This document shows positions 11,639 to 23,912 of a stretch of DNA of 64,000 bases, piece after piece. The DNA is taken from the NCBI GenBank assembly GCA_013239625.1, contig MU053994.1:1491775-1555774 (forward strand), in the 5' to 3' direction. A program made the position numbers and the translations under genes. The DNA comes from Lama guanicoe (taxonomy: Eukaryota). Every line of letters starts with the position of its first letter. The first letter of the stretch is position 1. Below the pieces are notes generated by a model. The model saw only the letters and a list, made by a program, of their open reading frames with translations, was not told the origin of the DNA and made no database searches.

Positions 11639-13292
11639 AATTAGCTCCACATCACCATTAAGGAATTTCTGGCTCAGAGACGTTAAGCAACTTTATTGAG
11701 GTCAGTCAGGATCTCAGTAGTTGTGCTTATAGTTCAAGTACAGAATTCTAAATTCAAATTGGATCGTTTTATAGGCCATACAGGCCGTAAAGATTCTTAC
11801 TTTCCAGATACCTAGTAAAACATAATGTGAGTATCCAAGGTTTGTTTCTGTTGCTGTACTACCTGCACAGAAGTGCTTTTTGGCCTTGTGCTGACCACAT
11901 GGAGTAGTAAAGTTCACACTTAACCTGATTTCCTTCTTCTCGAATTCAAAATGGTGGCTGAGTAAAGATGGTCACACCCGTTTTCACGGACCCCGAGCAG
12001 TAGGAGAGAAGATATGCAGTATTGTTCTTTAGTCCGTTACAGAGTAGTCATCCAGATTACTCTATTTCCAATTTACAATCAAATGTAGTTTTGCTATTCA
12101 AGAATGAAATGGTGGTAGTATTTACTGAGAAACTCTTGACAAGTATAATTCTAAGCATAGCACAGATAATACAGTTCATATTTTATTTTTAATTATGGCA
12201 GGTTAAGATATGTCATTCTGAGGTGTATATTGTATGTATTATCAATATGTAGCCCCAACATAGCCCTGTTCTCCAATAGTTAAGTATCTTTATTCTTCAG
12301 GAGCCCCAACGCTTGATGAAAAAACAGTTAAGTGGAAACATGTAGCCTCTAGGGGGAGCTCAAGGCTTCTTTCTCTTTTCCCTCTATCCTCTGGGGAGGA
12401 TGAAGACTGGTAGAGATGAGTGAAGGACAAGGACATTATCCGGCCCAAGTGTGGGCAGGTGGCCTTTGACTGTGCCTAGCCTGGAAGTTAGAAGGCTTTG
12501 CATGTGAATGATGAGGGTCTTTTGACCTTCCCTCGGGATGCAACCTTTTGAGAAATTTCCCATATGGCTGATGTCATAAAAGAGGCCATTTCCATACCCA
12601 AGGAACCATGGCAGGAGCTGGTTGGGGCAGAGGAAAGGATGACACATGGACATGTGTTACTCTGGGATGTAACCCAGGGAAGCAATGGAATCCTATGGCT
12701 TTCCACAACCCAGCCTTGCTCTCCAGATCCAGGGGTTCAACAAAGGGCTACAGCAGAGTGCGGGGGAGGGGGGCGGTCAAAGCCATATGGCATCAAGCAG
12801 TCTCTCTGTTGAGCTCTTAGGGGATCCTAGTAGGGCTGTCTGTGGCCACAGTGGGCTAATGTTTGTAGACTTGACAGCCAGGAGGCGTGACTCACCCCCT
12901 TATTAGTAACACAAGTAACACGAACCAACGCAGCAATCCAGTTCATGGTGTAAAAAATGTGTCCTGAGAAAATATATATGAGGTAAATGTATACAAACCT
13001 ATGTTTATGCAAATGAATTCTAAAAATTATATATTGAGTAAAGTTGCAAGTAATGCATTACTGAACAAAATAGAACGATAGTCTAAATACTCAGCAAAAT
13101 GAATGCATGTGTCATGGAATTGAGTTGAGAGCCCTGGCCTGGAGGGCTGGAGCTCAAAGAGCTGCGACTCATGATCATATACTGAACCAGCTCTGCCAAT
13201 GCAGTGGATGTTCAGGGATGGGAAATTCACTTAGTGGGAGAATGGACTTTCCAGGGGAAAGAAACAGAAATCCTTAAGTTTCTCTGGGCCCC

Positions 13293-13757
13293 TGTCTTAG
13301 TTTGAATCCTCTTAAAACAGACGCTAAGTGGAGGACTTGGGTGTAAGTCATTTATTTGGGTGGTGGTTTCAAGAAGCACAAGTGAGGAAGCAGGGAGAGT
13401 GATAGAAGGAAAGGAGAGAAATTAATAAATGTGAGTTCATGAGCGAATTACCACTCAGGGCAACTGGAGTCCAATCCTGTGGCAGGCCATGTGAAACAAC
13501 ATGTGGTTCACGCCTCGGAATCTCCTCTTTGGAGGACAGGGAGGCTCGGGCATTGATGCACCAAATCCCATCTCCCACTCTCGAGGGATCCCTCCTTGGG
13601 CATCAACTTACCCACCCTTTGAGGTTGCACCCACGATATGAGTTTTCTCTGTATTCTTGAGATGGGAAGCTGTTAGCGTGCCCAAGATTGTCCAGGTCGT
13701 CAAGTGACTCAAGTGTGCTAAAGGAACGTGGGATGAGGAATTAACAACATCCTCATA
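13293..13757 (-). mobile_element. ERVL LTR33-like solo LTR
   Basis: tgtcttagtttgaatcc..cagacgct..ttgggtgtaagtcatttatttggg..ttaccactcagggcaactggag. Confidence 0.75.
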
Positions 13758-13957
13758 TCAAGACTGAGACTAGTTAGTCTAGATGACCTCCAAGGCTACT
13801 CCTAATTCTTATGTTCAATGATTCTCTGATGCAGGGAGTTGCCTGCACCATGGGTTTTCTATCATAGGTGCTGATGCATTGCCCATCTCTAGAAGTAACC
13901 AAAGAATGTTGCAGCATCAGATGTGTGATTGGAATGAAGAACTTTTAACACGCTTAC

Positions 13958-14431
13958 TGCCTAAGGTTGAGTTCCTGGGAAACAGACCCTGCAATGAGGA
14001 TTCAGGTGTGAGTGATTTATTAAGGAAATACTCCCTGGGGTGGGCAGAAAGGACGTGGGAGAAGCAGGATAAGAGGGCAAGGAAGCCAAGTAAGGGTTCC
14101 ATGTCGAGAAAGTCCCAGCCTCAGCCTGATCCCACCAGGGAGCTCTGGAGTGTGTGCTACACCTCGGATTCTGTCGGGACTTCAGGCAAGAGAGCTGGGT
14201 TTTCATAGTCTCTCACCCACCAGGCATTAGCTAAGGGCCGTCCCAGGGGGATGTCAACTTCTAGGCATATCTGGCTCTCCTTGAGTATGGGCAGAGTGCT
14301 TCCAGTTGCCTGAGGACAGTGTTCTGAGGAAAGCCGGTGTAGGCAGCCAGGAGCAAAAGCACACTGAAGCCGGAGGGGTGCCCAGAAACACCAGTAAGCA
14401 ACCCAAGGCAGCACTGTCACTGCCTGCTACA
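13958..14431 (-). mobile_element. ERVL solo LTR (LTR16/LTR33 clade)
   Basis: tgcctaaggttgagttcctgggaaacagaccctg..gtgatttattaagg, ending gcctgctaca. Flanks cttac/gttac look like a 5-bp TSD. Confidence 0.7.
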
Positions 14432-15367
14432 GTTACTACGAGCATGGCGGTCACACTTATGTAGGAGGCTTCTCTGTTCTGCTGCAGATTTACAAGGCCT
14501 TGTGGGCAAAGCCTTGGCCCCAGGGCTCCAAAAGTCCTGTCCTTGGCCTACACAAATGCTTGCAGACAACCGCCATGCAGGAGACTTAGCATTTCAGAGC
14601 TTGAGCTTCCAGAATCCTGTGATGCTGAAGGGGGTAACCTGAGGACCTTTTTTTTATAGGCTGGAAATTAGAGTTTATAAGGTACAGAAAGAATGACCCC
14701 AAGCCCTCATGCAAGCCATGTGGAATCATTTCAGTCTGAAGTAGATTTGGGACTAAAGACAGTACAAATATTTCTGAAATAGAGGGATAAATCTATCTAT
14801 GCAGAGATGCAGCACAATGCTGTCATAAAAAATCCACTTTTGTCCATGCCACAGCCCTGAACCTCCTGTGCACTCGATCAGAGACCCTGATAAATCTGGG
14901 CTGCTAGAAATGCCAACCAGCTCATATGTTTTCAGTGAGCGATGACAGGGAGCCAAATTGCTTTATTCCGATTAGGGAAGGGCCTCTGACTGTAAAATAT
15001 ACTGTGTGAAAAAAAAAATATTGAGTTTTAGTTCGCTGACACATCAATTTAAGAGAGTTATGACTCTCACACGGAGGCCAAGCAGGTATCTCCCCACATG
15101 TATGTGCAATAAAAATTAATTGTGGCCTTTTATACAGGGCACTGTTCTCACTTGTGGGATCAGAGGGTGACCTGAGCGTCACCTCCAGTGGCAGGCTACA
15201 ACACTGGAGGTGATGGTTCTTTTCTGGGAAGCCACAGAGGGAAACAAACGCCAAAAGCCATGAGCAAGCTTCATGTATAACTTGCTGAATTTGTTTTAAA
15301 AACATATACAGTCCTGTTCTGTTCATATTTTTGTCCTAAAGTATATATACACATATGTATGTTTGAT

Positions 15368-15369
<2 letters not shown>

Positions 15370-15399
<30 letters not shown>
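15370..15399. repeat. (TG)n microsatellite
   Basis: Visible dinucleotide run. Confidence 0.95.
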
Positions 15400-15401
<2 letters not shown>

Positions 15402-15420
15402 TTGATGGGTATAACGTGTA

Positions 15421-15915
15421 TATATCAGTCAAGGTCCAGACAAGAAAACAGAAACTTTGGCACGTCTTTCAAGTTAATTCAGGGACTTTGCTACAGGAGA
15501 TGGAAAAGTGAAAAGGCCAAATAGAATAATCAGGCAACCCAGAGGTTAGCAACAGCAGGAAGCTGCTACCACTTGGAGGGCTCAGGGGTCACAAGGAAGA
15601 GGGGGTTTTATGGAGACCAGGAGCTGAGGCTGTCAGGGGAAGCTTGAACCACGGTGGAAGCATCCCAGGGAGCTGTAGCCACAGAAGGAGCAGCTGGGTT
15701 ATCTCTATGGCCAGAGATACTACAGGAAGCAGAGTGTGAGGTGGTAAAATACCCTGACTTTTCCCTTCTGCCTGCCCCTAGTGATTCTCATTGGCCAAAT
15801 TGAATTGAAAGCAGGAGGGCAAGGGAGTCTGGGAAATGTAGTTCCCTGTGATATAGGACACAGTGGGGAAAGGGTAAGGAATGGATCCAAGAGAGCAGAG
15901 GGGCTGTTGATAGGC
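15421..15915 (-). mobile_element. Ancient ERVL-type LTR (LTR67B-like)
   Basis: tatcagtcaaggtccagacaagaaaacagaaac..ggcaacccagaggttagcaacagcaggaagctgctaccac..cattggccaaa. The same family appears at 63835-64000. Confidence 0.6.
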
Positions 15916-16269
15916 ATGGTAAATCCCCCTTTGTTGGTTTGGATCCCTGCATAACAAATTAGCTCAAAACAGTGCCTTAAATATTTTGGAATGAAATAGT
16001 GGCTCAGATCTTTCCCTCTGTGACAAGTAGCTGGAGCAAGAGGTTTAGAAGGTGTCGAGGAAGGAGAGTAATTTGGAGCGGAAGTCACTGACCTGGAAGG
16101 CAGGACCAGGTAGGCTATGACAGTAAGAACACAGGAAAGTGAGGGAGAGTTTTCCAAGAAAGGAGACAGGAAGAAAGGAAAGAGTGGTGGGAGAAAATGA
16201 AGCCAAACTAGGTCTGCTTTCCCCGGGAGCAGCCTTAACTGCATCAACCCACCCCCAACTGCAATTTTA

Positions 16270-16490
16270 ATTAAGAACAAATACCTGGTGTTTTCTATGT
16301 GGCAGGCATTGTTCTAAGTGCTTTATGTCCTCAAAACAATCTTTAAGGCGTTAAGTACCATTATTATCTCTTCAAAGAACACCATCAATTGCCCAAGATC
16401 AAGTAGCCAGCAGGTGGCAGAGCTGGGATTTGAACCCAGGAAGAGTTCAAATCTGGAGGCAGTTCCCATAACCACTAAATTATATTCCTT
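16270..16490 (-). mobile_element. MIR SINE
   Basis: ctatgtggcaggcattgttctaagtgcttta..ttgcccaagatca..gtggcagagctgggatttgaacccagg. Confidence 0.85.
16407..16420 (+). promoter_or_regulatory. CTCF core motif candidate inside MIR
   Basis: CCAGCAGGTGGCAG matches CCASYAGRKGGCRS at all 14 positions. Motif only; binding not shown. Confidence 0.4.
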
Positions 16491-17226
16491 TTCAACTTAA
16501 TAGAATTGAATCCAACAAACACTTTGTGGGGAACTTTGTATGAAACACTAAGGAAGTTGGAAAGATGGTTGAGAGATACCGTCTTTACTCTTCCTCAGGG
16601 AATTTCTCCTATAATGAAACCAGGTGCACACTATGAAGGGTTTGGAGACAGCAACTCTGGGCAGTCAAGGCAGACAGGTTACATTCATGAAAATGGTTCC
16701 CAGAAAGAGGGGCAGCAGGCATCCGGCTCAGGTTGGGGACAGGACTCCTGTTGTAGATTAGCAAAAACAAGGAAGACCCAAGATCTTGAGGGGATAGGAT
16801 GTGTTGTAGACATTGAAATTCAGATCGAGACTAAAGCTGTAACACATGGCATCACTTAGGAGTGATTATTTAGCTGCAGCTAATAGAAAACCTTACATTG
16901 ACTTGGTTTTCTTTTGCTTACCCTCACTGCTTCCCTGAATCCCTACAACTGGGCTCATCAAACTTCCCAGCTGCATATTTGGTACTGTCCTGGGTCCTAG
17001 AACAATCTATTGAGGCAGGAAGTTTTCAGTCACCCTTGCTGCTACCCCTCCACTGGATGTGCCCTGATCTGGAGCCAATCTCCCACACTCAACAGGCTGA
17101 GCAGGAAGCAAGGAATCTCCTGGTCTCCATCTCTAGGTTTCAGAGCTGGACATCTGGTGGAAGCTCACCTCCCTCTCCCTGCAGTTCATCTTCCTGAGTT
17201 CCCAAACCCCAGCCGAGTTAGGATTG

Positions 17227-17585
17227 TGTGGGGCAAACACTCTAAGTTGTCTGCTTAACACCCACCCCCGTTTCTTCCTCTCTAACAGAAATTCAATTTT
17301 GTTTGGGAGCAATACGTCATCCCCAGGCACTGGATCATGATTTGTCTAAGCTAATTAAGACAATTTTCTTCTCTATTTTCCCAGACTCCTGGGAAGCTAG
17401 TAATATCACATGACCCAATTCATCTGGTCAATAAGACTGTGTGTCTGTGTGTGTGCATGCGGGGGTGGGAGAGTATACTATGGGAAAGGTTTTCTTCCTG
17501 ATAAAAGGAATAGACAAGGTTTGCACGACCTTCCCTCCACCTTCTCCTTGTCTTAAATTTGGACTTGATGTCCGTGGTTTCCCTG
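17227..17585 (+). mobile_element. MaLR MLT1 (K/L-like) LTR fragment
   Basis: tgtggggcaaacactct..ttcttcctctctaacagaaattcaattttgttt..cacatgaccc..tgggaaaggttttcttcctgataaaag. Confidence 0.6.
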
Positions 17586-17619
17586 CCTAGTTCATAGCTT
17601 CTGACTTAGGTCTTTAGAC

Positions 17620-18390
17620 TTGAACAAAACTGAGGCATCAATTTGCCTTCCAACATGCTCCTTCTGAAGGTTCACAGTCCCTGATTTCACCAGCATAGAT
17701 CAGTCACCCAGGCAAAAGCCGAGGGCCAGGTTGGCTTCCTGGCTCTCTCTCACTACCCCTGCCCGCCACCCCAATCCCATCATTCACCAAGTCTTATTCA
17801 TTTGACCTCTTGACGTTCTTTTGAATCAGTTTCCTCTCCATCACCACTGCCACTGCCTTAGTTCAGCCCTTCATCCCACCTCACCTTGATTGCTGCAGTG
17901 GCCTCCTAATTGCCCTCTTCCTTCCCTCTGAACTCTCCAATCAGACCTCCAAAAGTGAGTTTGAGTTTCGTTTCTAAAATGCAGATCTGATCAGGTCACT
18001 TCTCTGCATAAAATTCTTCCATGACCCCCTCCCTCAGCTTTAGCTTAGGCCCCTTGAGATCTGACTTTTAACAGATCCTTTGGGCTGTGGTTCCTACCTA
18101 CTTACTTCTCCTACCATCCCCAAAGGTATCCTTCCATCCAAGTTTATCAGATTCGATGTATCCTGGGAACCATCTCTGCTCTTTCTTGTGACATTCCCTC
18201 TGCCTGGTTTGTCCTTCCCTCTGATCCTCTTTGGTCACTCCTATTTGACCTTTAAAACTCAGGTCAATTTGTCACCCTTTCCTTTCTCAGGAAGTTTTCC
18301 TCAACTCTCCTCCTTTTCTGTCTACTTCAGATGTCCTCTTCTCTGTTCCTCTGTCTTCACTATTACCTTACCCATTGATCTGTAATTTCC
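17620..18390 (+). mobile_element. LINE-2 fragment
   Basis: ccactgccactgccttagttcagccct..ctgcagtggcctcctaa..ctaaaatgcagatctgatca. Confidence 0.8.
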
Positions 18391-18769
18391 AGCTATTTTT
18401 TCTGGTTAATGCTTGTATAGTTCGACTCACCTGTTTTCCAAGGTCACTGCTTGCCGTTGCTTTTAGCATTCTATCATGTCCTTCTCGGTTTAATTTCTGA
18501 GTTCCATTTCAGAGTAAGTCCTTCACTAATTCTTCCAGTTATGATCATAAGTGTAAATTCTCTCGCTTTGTTTCTAAATGTCTCTATTTATTTCACCCTC
18601 ACTTCTTCTTACTTTTTGTTATGAAAAATTTCAGATATTCAAAGAAGTATGAAAAATAGTAAGCACATGTTCTTCTTCTGAATTGAACAATTGTTAGCAT
18701 ATGCCGTATTTGCTTACCTATTTTTTCCTAAAGTGTTTTAAAAGTAGATAACAGGAATCCTCACTTTTA

Positions 18770-19190
18770 TCCTGTGCAGAATATTTTTATTTTCCCTATT
18801 CCTTTCTTTATCCTGCTCTGTTCTGGAGAAAATTATTTCTAGGGACTGACTCCTGAGACTCCCTTGCCCTCTGGCTCTTGGTTGAGTTTGACTAATTGAG
18901 TAAGGAGGATCCAGGAGATTAGAAGATGGCCTAACAGTTGGCAGTGGTTGTGTTTCTCCACTGAAGTCCACAGCTACTGTCAGGGGAATCTTCTAGAGTG
19001 ACAACTGCAGTTCTTTCTCCGGGTCTGAGTAGGTGCTCCCTCCTCTTTCCCTACAGACCCGTGATTGAGAACTCTTATAGTTCCAGGCTTCAACATGCTT
19101 TCTTGGTTTCCCTACATCCTGACCATACTTTTGTGAACAGTTCCTTTATTAAACTTTCTTCTGTTATCCCACCTGATTCTGACTAATACA
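18770..19190 (+). mobile_element. Ancient ERVL-type LTR nested in L1
   Basis: ctcccttgccctctggctcttggttgagtttgactaat..ttgtgaacagttcctttattaaac, ending ctgactaataca (LTR 3' terminus). Confidence 0.6.
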
Positions 19191-20113
19191 CATTTCTAAG
19201 TACTTCAATATGCATCTCTTAAAAAAGAGAATTTTAAAACATATGCATAATACCACTCACATACAAACTAAACAAAATTAACAGTATTTCCCTGATGTCA
19301 TCTAATATCTAGTCCATATTCAAATTTCTCCAGTTGTTCCAAAAATTGTCTTTTACAGCTAATTTGTTTAATTCAGAGCTCAACCTGAGCACCACATACT
19401 GCATTTAGTCATTTTGTCTCTTAAATCCCTTTAAATCCAGAAGAGTCCCCCATCCCTTTATTTTCAGATTAAATCTTTTTGTCAAGGATACCTCATAGGC
19501 AACATTGCCTATTTCATATTGCATATCAGGAGGCAGATGTGGACCCACCATGAGTAATGCTAAGTTTGATCACTGTTGTCCTCAGTCTTAAGTGATAGTT
19601 TAGATGGGTATAGAATTTTTGAATTGACAGTTATTTTCCCATTTTTTGACCATTGTTTCTTCTCTCCTTTACTTATGCTGCTGCAAAATCTGCTGCTGTT
19701 GTTCAATTGTTGCTCCTTGTAAATAAGTTTCCTTTTCTCTTGGGCTGTTTATAAGATTTCCTCTTTGTCTTTGTTATTATGATGCACCTAATTGTGGATT
19801 AATTTTCACTTACCCTCAGGACTCTCTGTGCTTTTGAATCTGAGGATTAGTGGATTTCATTAGCTCAGAAAAGTTCTTTGCCAAGAGTGTTTCTAATTTA
19901 GCCACATCCTTCCATTCTCTAGTCTCTACTCCTAGAGACTATTAGATACATGTCGAATCTTCTCATTATATCCTCCATTTTCTCTAACCCCTCTTTTATG
20001 TTTCCCATCACTTTATCTCACTATACACTATAGGTAATTTCTTCAGCTCCACCTTGAAGTTCAGAAATTCTCTTTTCAGCTTCATCTTTTATTCTGTTTG
20101 ACTCATCCATTGA

Positions 20114-20311
20114 TTTTTTTTTTAAGGAAAAAAATTTTGAAGTATAGTTGATTTACAATGTTTTGTTAGTTTCAGGTTATACAACAAAATGATTCAGTTT
20201 ATACACACACACACATACACATATGTCTTCTTTTTCAAATTCTTTCTCAATATGGCTTATTTCAAGCTATTGAATATAGTTCCCTGTACTATACAGTAGG
20301 TCCTTGTTATT
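20114..20311 (-). mobile_element. Very short younger LINE-1 3' end with TSD
   Basis: Same 3'UTR as the 8541 copy (tatagttgattta..gctattgaatatagttccctgt..atacagtagg). Direct repeat actcatccattga at 20101-20113 and 20312-20324. Confidence 0.85.
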
Positions 20312-21169
20312 ACTCATCCATTGAATTTTTAATTTCACCTTTTTTATTTCCAGAAATTTTACTTGCTGCTTTTTTGAATATGCCTGCTTTTTATGTTAAT
20401 ATAGTGTCACATCCTTTCACAATGACTTTTATATATTTCATTGATTTAATTATTTTAAAGGTCTTTACAGTCTCACTCAGTTGTTCTGTTACCTCAATTT
20501 CTTGGGATGCTTATAGGAATTTTTATTTGCTTACTTGTTTTTCTGCTAACTCTCTCTCATGCTGAATTATGTCCTCACATGGTCTGTAATGTGTTTTATT
20601 GTGAAGTCATCTTCAACAGGCTTTTTCAGTGGGCTGGATGGGAGTCTTTGTCACTCTGGAATGTGCCAGCATTGCCACAGAGGATTTTTGCATTGGCTTT
20701 CTAAGGCCAGATTTTCTGTAATTTTATGGTTTGAGGAATTCCTACATCATACATGTAGGGTAAGTTTAGACTCCATAGGGCTTTGAAGTCTCATTGAGGG
20801 CTTTTTATTTACTACCTAGAGCTCTGGGGAAAGAGAAGAGGATATTTGCCACTATCCCGGACTGATGGCAAAGTTGTCTACTTTCCTTTCTCATCCTCAT
20901 AAGTTATCAGCTTTCTGCAAATCTCTCTCTTTCAGCTCTCCCATTTTATGAACGCCCACAACCATATTTTCTGACTCCCCATCCAGGTTCAAACTCTGAC
21001 TCCTAGCTCCTAAAGTCTATATTCTTTGTGGTAGAATTCCTGGATGCCACAGCATCAATTTATGGATTTATTGTGCTGGCACCTTGGGAGTTTCATTTCC
21101 TTCATTTCCAGCTTATACTAATTTTGTAATGTTTTATTGCTACACTTTTCCAAATTTCTGGATTTTATT

Positions 21170-21325
21170 GTTATTGTCTGCCTAATTTATCCTCTCTACA
21201 ACTAGACTGTAAGCACTTTGAGGGCATCATCTATGACAAATTCAACTCCAAATTCCTCAAATCTAACAAAGTTCCCAGCAGATAATGGGTGCCAATGAAT
21301 AATTTTTTAATGTATGAATGAAGAA
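21170..21325 (+). mobile_element. LINE-2 3' end
   Basis: actagactgtaagcactttgagggca..cccagcagataatgggtgcc..tgtatgaatgaa. Confidence 0.65.
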
Positions 21326-22489
21326 AGTTTTTTGTAGTTGAGAAGTTAATGTTTTCCTAGGCATTGATTTACAATTAGTATGTCCTTGTGTGCACATTTT
21401 TCATGAATCCCCTTCGACTCACCATATCATGGTGTCTGGATGTTGACTTTATATGTTTGCATCCATTCTTCCTGTATTTAAAAGAAAACATTTTATCCAC
21501 ATATTTATTATGCACATTCCACTGCCTTCTTCTTTAATATGTTTTCTTATTATAATGTGACAGTTAATTCTATTTAGTCTAAAAAATAAATAACCAAAAA
21601 AGATTCTTCTGCCTGTAAAGAGAAAGAAACCCATTCAAGCTGCCTCCCAGAAGGAGGTTTACTTGTGAATACACAGGTCTCACAAAATCCTAAGAGCAGG
21701 AAATAGAGAACAGCAACTGTGTGGAACTAGAAATGGAAATTCAGGAACCAAAGGTCTCACTCTCTCAGGGGTCATGTGGTCTGTTTCATCCTGGACTCTC
21801 TTTGTGAGCCTCACCCAGGCTCCCTCTCCCTTCAAAGGGCTTCCGTCACTTACTCACTTTGCGCATAACCTATCAGAGCCACCCTAGCCCCAAATCTAGT
21901 TACCTTTACAGTTTCAGCAGGTACCCAGCACGGTATGGACACAGGGAAGCCTATCTAGTGGGCCTGACCAGAGATTTGTGCTGCCTAAAATAAGTGGGGG
22001 GTATGCACATAGGAGCTGGAGGGGCTCAACACGGATTTACAGAATGATTGAATGAAAGAAGGAACATACGAGAGAAACCTGAGATGATGGGGGTGATTCA
22101 GCAGGGAGCCTTGAAGGCAGATCACAGCACAGTTCCGAGCAGCATCAAGGAGGCATGACTTCCTCTGAATGAGTACATCAAGCTAACCTCATCCACTCCT
22201 GGGACCCTAAGCACATCCACCCCAAAACTTCCAAGCACCTGCTTCTATAAAAGCTGCAGTGAGACATAAACCATAGAATCAGAGACTATTTAACAGAGGA
22301 TGGTACCCTAGAGGCTATTATGGGGATTATTTCATTTCACTTCATATTCTGTTATTTGTGTAAATGTCTGTTTCCCCTAATAAATTTTAGAGTCCTTGAA
22401 TGCCAGAAATGTGTCTCATATGACATCTACGTCTCTGAAGCACTAACACCTTGCCTTGCTCTCACATTCTGATTCCAGGCTATCCCTTT

Positions 22490-22690
22490 TCTATTTGTGT
22501 GACTTTGGACAAATTACCTTGCCACTGTGTACCTCAGTTTCCTCATCTGTAGATGGGGGAGGGTAACAATAGTACCAACCTCATAAGGTTGTCATGAGGA
22601 TTAAACAGCCTGCATGTGGCAAATAATTTAGAACAGTTCCCATCACATAGCGAGCTCTTAAGAAATGTCAGCCACTTATTAATAGATGTT
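22490..22690 (+). mobile_element. MIR SINE
   Basis: tgtgactttggacaaattac..cctcagtttcctcatctgta..atagtaccaacctcataaggttgtcatgaggattaaa. Confidence 0.9.
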
Positions 22691-23320
22691 GTTTTCCAAC
22701 TGAGTTGAATTTTTAAAGGCTCCTGAGGCATCTGTTGACTGATCTCTGTGTTGGCTTTGCTGTTCATCTCCCACATCCGGGACAGCTGTACCTATGCAAC
22801 TTCATGGGCCCTCCTGGCATCTGAGGTCACTGTCGAGGACAGAAGCTGTGTCCAGTCAGAACTGAGTCCCAGGCGAAGTGTGTACCACAGAGCCTCTACC
22901 CCAGCACACTGGCCTAGGACTCGGGGTCTTCCTCACCAGAAGGTCTGCTCTCATGCTGCCTGGAAGTTGTGCAGCCCCCAATACAGACACACACGCATCC
23001 GTGCATACGCACAACCTGGGGTACACTCCCGGCTGCCTGCCCTTGCTGTTGTCACTCCTGTTGAGTCCTGCTCCCCAGGGCCTTTTTTGCCCTGTTCCCC
23101 CCACCCCCTCCCCCCTCAGTAATCTTCCATCTCTTGCTTTTCCTCTCTCCCTGCCTTCCCAGGTGACAAATAACTCCCCTGATGAAACTTCCACATGAAT
23201 AGGAGAGAGGGAAAGGACTTTTTCTCCCGCACTAAGTTATACATGGGTATTTTTACAAGAGCTGTGGGAAGACGCCCTGCCTTTATCCTGCTCAAAAGAA
23301 CGAATCCAATGATGCACATC

Positions 23321-23912
23321 TGTCTTAGTTTGGTTTCTTCTGGAAGCAGAACCTGAGAATAAGACTTGGGTGCAGGGCACTCATTTGAGAGATGATCTCA
23401 AGAATCAGGAAAGAGAAAGCAGCAAAAGAGACGGGGAAGGGGGGAAAGCCATTGTAAGTGTGTGTTAAGGTTGCTATCACAGGGTTCAGGGCTCCAGGCA
23501 GGAGGGAGCTGTGTCTGATACAGTCCGGGGCCTCTGTTGCCCTTCTGGAAACCCGAGCAACCAGGGTTTGGCCCTGCTGGGCCACTCTGAGAAGTATATA
23601 GGATGTTTCTGGACCTGTCCACCTGAAAGGAGGGAGGCAGGAGCATTTATCCTTGGCTCTTGTTCCCCAGTTGGTTGAAGATTGCTTCTTCCGGTGTTAA
23701 CCTTGCACTTCTGGATTTCACCTGTGCACTGGGCAAGGGGGCTTGTGGCGGTGTCAGAGAAACCCTAGGGCAGAAAGCAGAAAGACTAGAGGTCCACACC
23801 TGAGGTGGGATGCTACCAGCTGCATGTGAGTCTGAGAGCTCACAGGAAACTGACCACCACTAGCTGAGGCTAACCAGAGGTTGTGACTCTGGGGACCAGA
23901 GAGTCTGGTACC
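23321..23912 (-). mobile_element. ERVL LTR33-like solo LTR carrying a 67-bp templated insertion
   Basis: tgtcttagtttggtttcttctggaagcagaacctgaga..cttgggtgca, ending tctggtacc. Flanks acatc/acatg resemble a 5-bp TSD. Confidence 0.75.

Larger units (their letters stand above)
18390..21160 (-). mobile_element. Composite of ancient L1M fragments with nested insertions
   Basis: Extended T-rich degenerate L1ME/L1MC-like sequence (gtaaattctctc..ctatttatttcaccctc, tctaatatctagtccatattcaaatt, gacagttattttcc). Confidence 0.65.

Noticed and set aside
15720..16280. 186-aa minus-strand ORF (longest in the window)
   Set aside because: Partly overlaps an LTR and a purine-rich tract. Low-complexity L/P/S composition, no domain and no splice support.
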